IMG/VR virus record: IMGVR_UViG_3300046653_000093
Coordinates: 151,809-215,808 of that record
Length of the DNA stretch: 64,000 nucleotides
Reading direction: 5' to 3' (one strand)
The notes under the pieces were generated by a model. The model saw only the letters and a list, made by a program, of their open reading frames with translations, was not told the origin of the DNA and made no database searches. The position numbers and the translations under genes were made by a program. This document shows, one piece after another, positions 60,684-64,000 of the stretch; the first letter of the stretch is position 1; each line of letters opens with the position of its first letter.

Positions 60684-61562
60684 TTACAGATGGCCTTTAT
60701 CTGGCTCTAATAGGGTAAACGGATCCTTGTTTGAGTCTTTGTCCCCTGAATAATCAACGTGAGTACCCACACCACGTCCAATGTGAGATGGGACATCATT
60801 CCTAGCAACGCCCTTATTAATGAGTCTTCCGTTGATCCAATCTAGCAACTCCCTGTCTGAGAAAATTCGATGGTCAACCCCGTCTCTACTAAAGGTTTCA
60901 ATCAATGAATGGAGAATGGCTGGCATCTGAATGCCAATATTTGTCTCTATTACGTTATTGAGAAAGTGCTCAATAGCCGGATTTTCTACGAGTAAATCTG
61001 GTTTCTCGGCATCATCTGCCTCAGAGATTAATTTTTTTTTTCCAGGGTTAGCCTGTAGTTCCTCTTCGGTCATATCGCGAGCTTCGCCATAATCAAGATT
61101 CCTTCGGAAGGCATCAATGGCATCGTCCTTATCACCATCGTCTTCGTCCTCCTCTTCTTCCTCGTCTTCATCTTCCTCGTCCTCATCATCATCCTCTTCG
61201 TCTTTGTCCTCTTCTTCCTCATCTTCGTCTTCGTCATCTTCGGAAGCTTTGGCAATTATTTCGCTAGCAATGGCACTAAGATCGCTTTCGCTGGCTCGCT
61301 TCATATATTCATCAAGCCCAGTTTGACGCTGATAGTCCTTCACAGCCTCTTCGACAGAGCTATACTTTGGCTTCTGGCCACTAACGATAGCACTCATCAT
61401 TTCATAAATAGAAGGCTGATGCTGACGATCCCTAGCAACTTCAACGGCAGTCTTAGAAGAAGCCATTTTAGTAGCAAGCAGATCAATCCAATCTGGACAC
61501 TGATCGTCAGGCTCTCGGCTAATCTCATCGGTTCTGTAAAAGGCACCCTTGTAATTACGCAT
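60684..61562 (-). CDS. Hypothetical protein with long poly-Asp/Glu tract
   Basis: About 35-residue E/D run; KMA and KRA motifs. Confidence 0.6.
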   Translation of the reverse strand: MRNYKGAFYRTDEISREPDDQCPDWIDLLATKMASSKTAVEVARDRQHQPSIYEMMSAIVSGQKPKYSSVEEAVKDYQRQTGLDEYMKRASESDLSAIASEIIAKASEDDEDEDEEEEDKDEEDDDEDEEDEDEEEEEDEDDGDKDDAIDAFRRNLDYGEARDMTEEELQANPGKKKLISEADDAEKPDLLVENPAIEHFLNNVIETNIGIQMPAILHSLIETFSRDGVDHRIFSDRELLDWINGRLINKGVARNDVPSHIGRGVGTHVDYSGDKDSNKDPFTLLEPDKGHL

Positions 61563-61646
61563 ATTTATCCTCTGTATTATGCAGCAAGCTGTATTATAGA
61601 ATTATTTTTGTATTGTTTAGATAATATTCGGATTTATCGCGCATCA

Positions 61647-62495
61647 TTATCCTCGGTATTGCGCACTCCAATCAAACCCATCATTTCTATAAGTTTCAAT
61701 GTGACTGCCAACAGCATATCCTCTATCCTGAGACATAGGAAATCCCATATCTGCTAATAACTGGGAAAGTTCAGCCTGCTCCCTTTTATCAAGAGTATAT
61801 TCTTCTACTTGACGCTTGAATATATCCTCAATATCATGTCCGGCCGATACCATTCCATTGATACAAACACGCGCAATTCTTGAAATCAACAATGGAACTG
61901 TAATCGTAATACCAGTGATATTTGTGGCCTTTTGAGCCTCTTTGACAATGCCAGAATCTTCTGACCAGCTCTTGCTCTTCTTCTTCTTGTGACGCTTGTA
62001 CTTATCAACCTTCACACTCTCTAGACGGTCTAGTAGGCGCTCAAGTCCATTTTCAATTTGCTCACGAGCCCGCTCGGCCTGTGCGGCATCAATCTCATCT
62101 TTGAAATCGGTACGCATAGCTTTTGATATCTCACGATCCAACGCTTCAAAATAAGCAATTGCCTTTTCCAATCCGGTAGTATCATAACCAGAATGTGGGG
62201 GAACGCCATTGAACATTTTGCTAAGCCAAGGAAGGAAGCTAGAGTGTTCCCATTTCCATGCATCAGAATCTGCAGGATCGGCCTCTACCTCAATATCTTC
62301 GTCATCACCGTCATTCTCTACAATAATATCCTGTGCATCAGGAGCACCCGGAATCTTGTCAAGATTGAAAATGACTTCATGAGGATCTTTTGAGACCTCA
62401 ATATTATCACCTATTTCAAAGGACGGAAAATGATGCCCGCCTCCCATCAAAGGGACAATAACTTCTCCTAAATCTTGTGCGCGTTTTTCTACCAT
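61647..62495 (-). CDS. Hypothetical head-region protein
   Basis: GAGG RBS before MVEKRAQD; KRA and KEA motifs. Confidence 0.6.
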   Translation of the reverse strand: MVEKRAQDLGEVIVPLMGGGHHFPSFEIGDNIEVSKDPHEVIFNLDKIPGAPDAQDIIVENDGDDEDIEVEADPADSDAWKWEHSSFLPWLSKMFNGVPPHSGYDTTGLEKAIAYFEALDREISKAMRTDFKDEIDAAQAERAREQIENGLERLLDRLESVKVDKYKRHKKKKSKSWSEDSGIVKEAQKATNITGITITVPLLISRIARVCINGMVSAGHDIEDIFKRQVEEYTLDKREQAELSQLLADMGFPMSQDRGYAVGSHIETYRNDGFDWSAQYRG

Positions 62496-62530
62496 TACAA
62501 CCTCAATGTTGCTAACAAACCTATTCTGAA

Positions 62531-62769
62531 TTATTCGTATAAATTCTTCCATACCTTGTAAGCCAATATCTTGCGAATATAGTCTTTTGAGACCTTAAAC
62601 CTAATAAATAAATTAGAAACTCCTTGATAATATAGATTTCTAATATTAATAATATCCTCAGATTTTAATTTTATTCTATTTTTCCAGGCATCACTCATCT
62701 TCTTTTTGTTTCTTGGCTAACAATTCTTCCACTAAGCTTTTTGGAGACCTTCTCTTTTTGCTGACTCAT
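62531..62769 (-). pseudogene. Degenerate homing endonuclease relic (NUMOD3-like plus HTH-like tail)
   Basis: SQETKR/(frameshift)/MSDAWKNRIKLKSEDIINIRNLY..FKVSKDYIRKILAYKVWKNL; no nuclease domain. Confidence 0.5.
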
Positions 62770-63251
62770 ATTTTCCTTATAATATCAATTATATAACTAC
62801 CTTGAAGGCTATAAGTTCCAAAGTATAAGTTTCTCGTCACATTGTAGTCGCTGAGGTAACCGGCGGGATAAGTAGTCAGACCTGTGATGATACCATTGAA
62901 CATCTTGGAATAATATGGTGATGGCATCAGTGGTTGAGCCGGACCTTGCCCAGGAGCCGTATCATCGTGATTACATTCTACCGCATCATTATGTTCTAGA
63001 ATATGCCCCGCATACTTACAAGGAGACGGTTCATCTGAGCTTCGTAATAAATTCCAAGCAAGAAGCTTAGCATTAGCGGCAGCTAACATTTCCTTTTCAT
63101 CCTCGGATGCTTCCTTGCCCATAACTCCAAACGGTGCCATTTGGTCTACATAATCGCCGGCATTTTTGCAGGCAAATGGTATTGGAAGACCGAATGGGCA
63201 TTTGTTCTCTTCATTCTTACGAACTTCTGCTATTTTTAAATGACGCTTCAT
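62766..63251 (-). CDS. Hypothetical Cys-containing protein
   Basis: CPFGLPIPFAC..CKYA..VEC; start refined to MKRHLKIA (ATGA overlap). Confidence 0.55.
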   Translation of the reverse strand: MKRHLKIAEVRKNEENKCPFGLPIPFACKNAGDYVDQMAPFGVMGKEASEDEKEMLAAANAKLLAWNLLRSSDEPSPCKYAGHILEHNDAVECNHDDTAPGQGPAQPLMPSPYYSKMFNGIITGLTTYPAGYLSDYNVTRNLYFGTYSLQGSYIIDIIRKI

Positions 63252-63991
63252 AATGCCACCGGTTGTTGCTGTGCAAGAATTCTTGGAATACCAACAACGT
63301 TCCAAAGTTTCATAGTCGAAAGTAACTGCATAGTTTTCTTGACATCAGCCCTTGTGGCATCGGCCAACTTTCTCCTAGAAAATCCAACAGATACTTCTTC
63401 CTTAATCTTGTCGTGGTGATTCAAAACCCACATGATAATGTCTCTTTCAACTGTAAATCCAAGCTTTGCTGCAAGGTAAATCGCTCGCACCACACGCTTC
63501 GGGTCATCTCTAAGAGTGATACGTGGTGGCAATGGGGTCCGGATAATCTTCTTCTTTATATCATCTATAGCCAGACCTGTCGGATCTACAATCTTGCGCA
63601 ATGCCAATGGGATGATAAGAGTGTTACAGGTGAAGTCACGACTGAATAATTCCAACAGCATGCTAGAAGGATCTTTGATGCCGGCCTTTTCTAAAAAGTA
63701 TGCGGCATCTGGAGAATTAAAGTTTGAAGAGAAGTCGAATTTGATTTTGTTTATATACAGCTGATAATGGCCATCAGGAAAGCGTATTGGGTTGACTTTG
63801 AATTGTTGTGCTGTCAACTCTGCTAACTGATGAATGGATTCGTCCCCAGAAGTAATATCAACATCCTCTACTCTATTGATACGATTAAGGATTTTATCAC
63901 GCGGAAGTCCGCCGACAATATATGGCTCAGACAAGCCATTGTCTTTAGCAAGGCGCTTCACGTCCAGTAATACATCCCTAACTCCGGCCAT
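63248..63991 (-). CDS. Class II nucleotidyltransferase (CCA-adding/poly(A) polymerase family)
   Basis: YIVGGLPRD..EDVDI (motif A), SRDFTCNTL (motif B), DPTG..DDI, RDDPKRVVRA (motif D). Confidence 0.85.
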   Translation of the reverse strand: MAGVRDVLLDVKRLAKDNGLSEPYIVGGLPRDKILNRINRVEDVDITSGDESIHQLAELTAQQFKVNPIRFPDGHYQLYINKIKFDFSSNFNSPDAAYFLEKAGIKDPSSMLLELFSRDFTCNTLIIPLALRKIVDPTGLAIDDIKKKIIRTPLPPRITLRDDPKRVVRAIYLAAKLGFTVERDIIMWVLNHHDKIKEEVSVGFSRRKLADATRADVKKTMQLLSTMKLWNVVGIPRILAQQQPVAL

Positions 63992-64000
63992 TCTTCTCCT

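Overview
This window is the virion-morphogenesis region of a large (probably jumbo-type) contractile-tailed dsDNA phage. All credible genes lie on the minus strand and use the standard genetic code. In transcription order (right to left) it encodes a CCA/poly(A)-polymerase-family nucleotidyltransferase, terminase large subunit, portal, a PTP-like phosphatase, a 1153-aa prohead protease/scaffold, putative internal head or ejection proteins, three paralogous decoration-like proteins and the major capsid protein. Next come a cluster of modular fibre genes interrupted by iscS-like, HNH and cspA-like genes, then neck proteins, tail sheath, tube, chaperones and a tape measure gene running off the left edge. 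Three further homing-type endonucleases and one relic are present. The most unusual signal is a two-motif partition of the proteome. The tripeptide DGY occurs about 45 times (manual count) in neck, tail, fibre and decoration proteins and was not seen in any protein right of 36.7 kb, which suggests a virion-surface tyrosine modification or binding code. A K-x-A motif recurs in the head-region proteins, which suggests protease-processed cargo. Also found: a conserved upstream element TA-N5-GCAT (putative late promoter), a candidate -1 frameshift at U UUU UUA in a Lys-rich protein, and three perfect 24-35 bp tandem duplications, one of which frameshifts a fibre gene. Product calls come from motif recognition and gene order only; no database searches were run.
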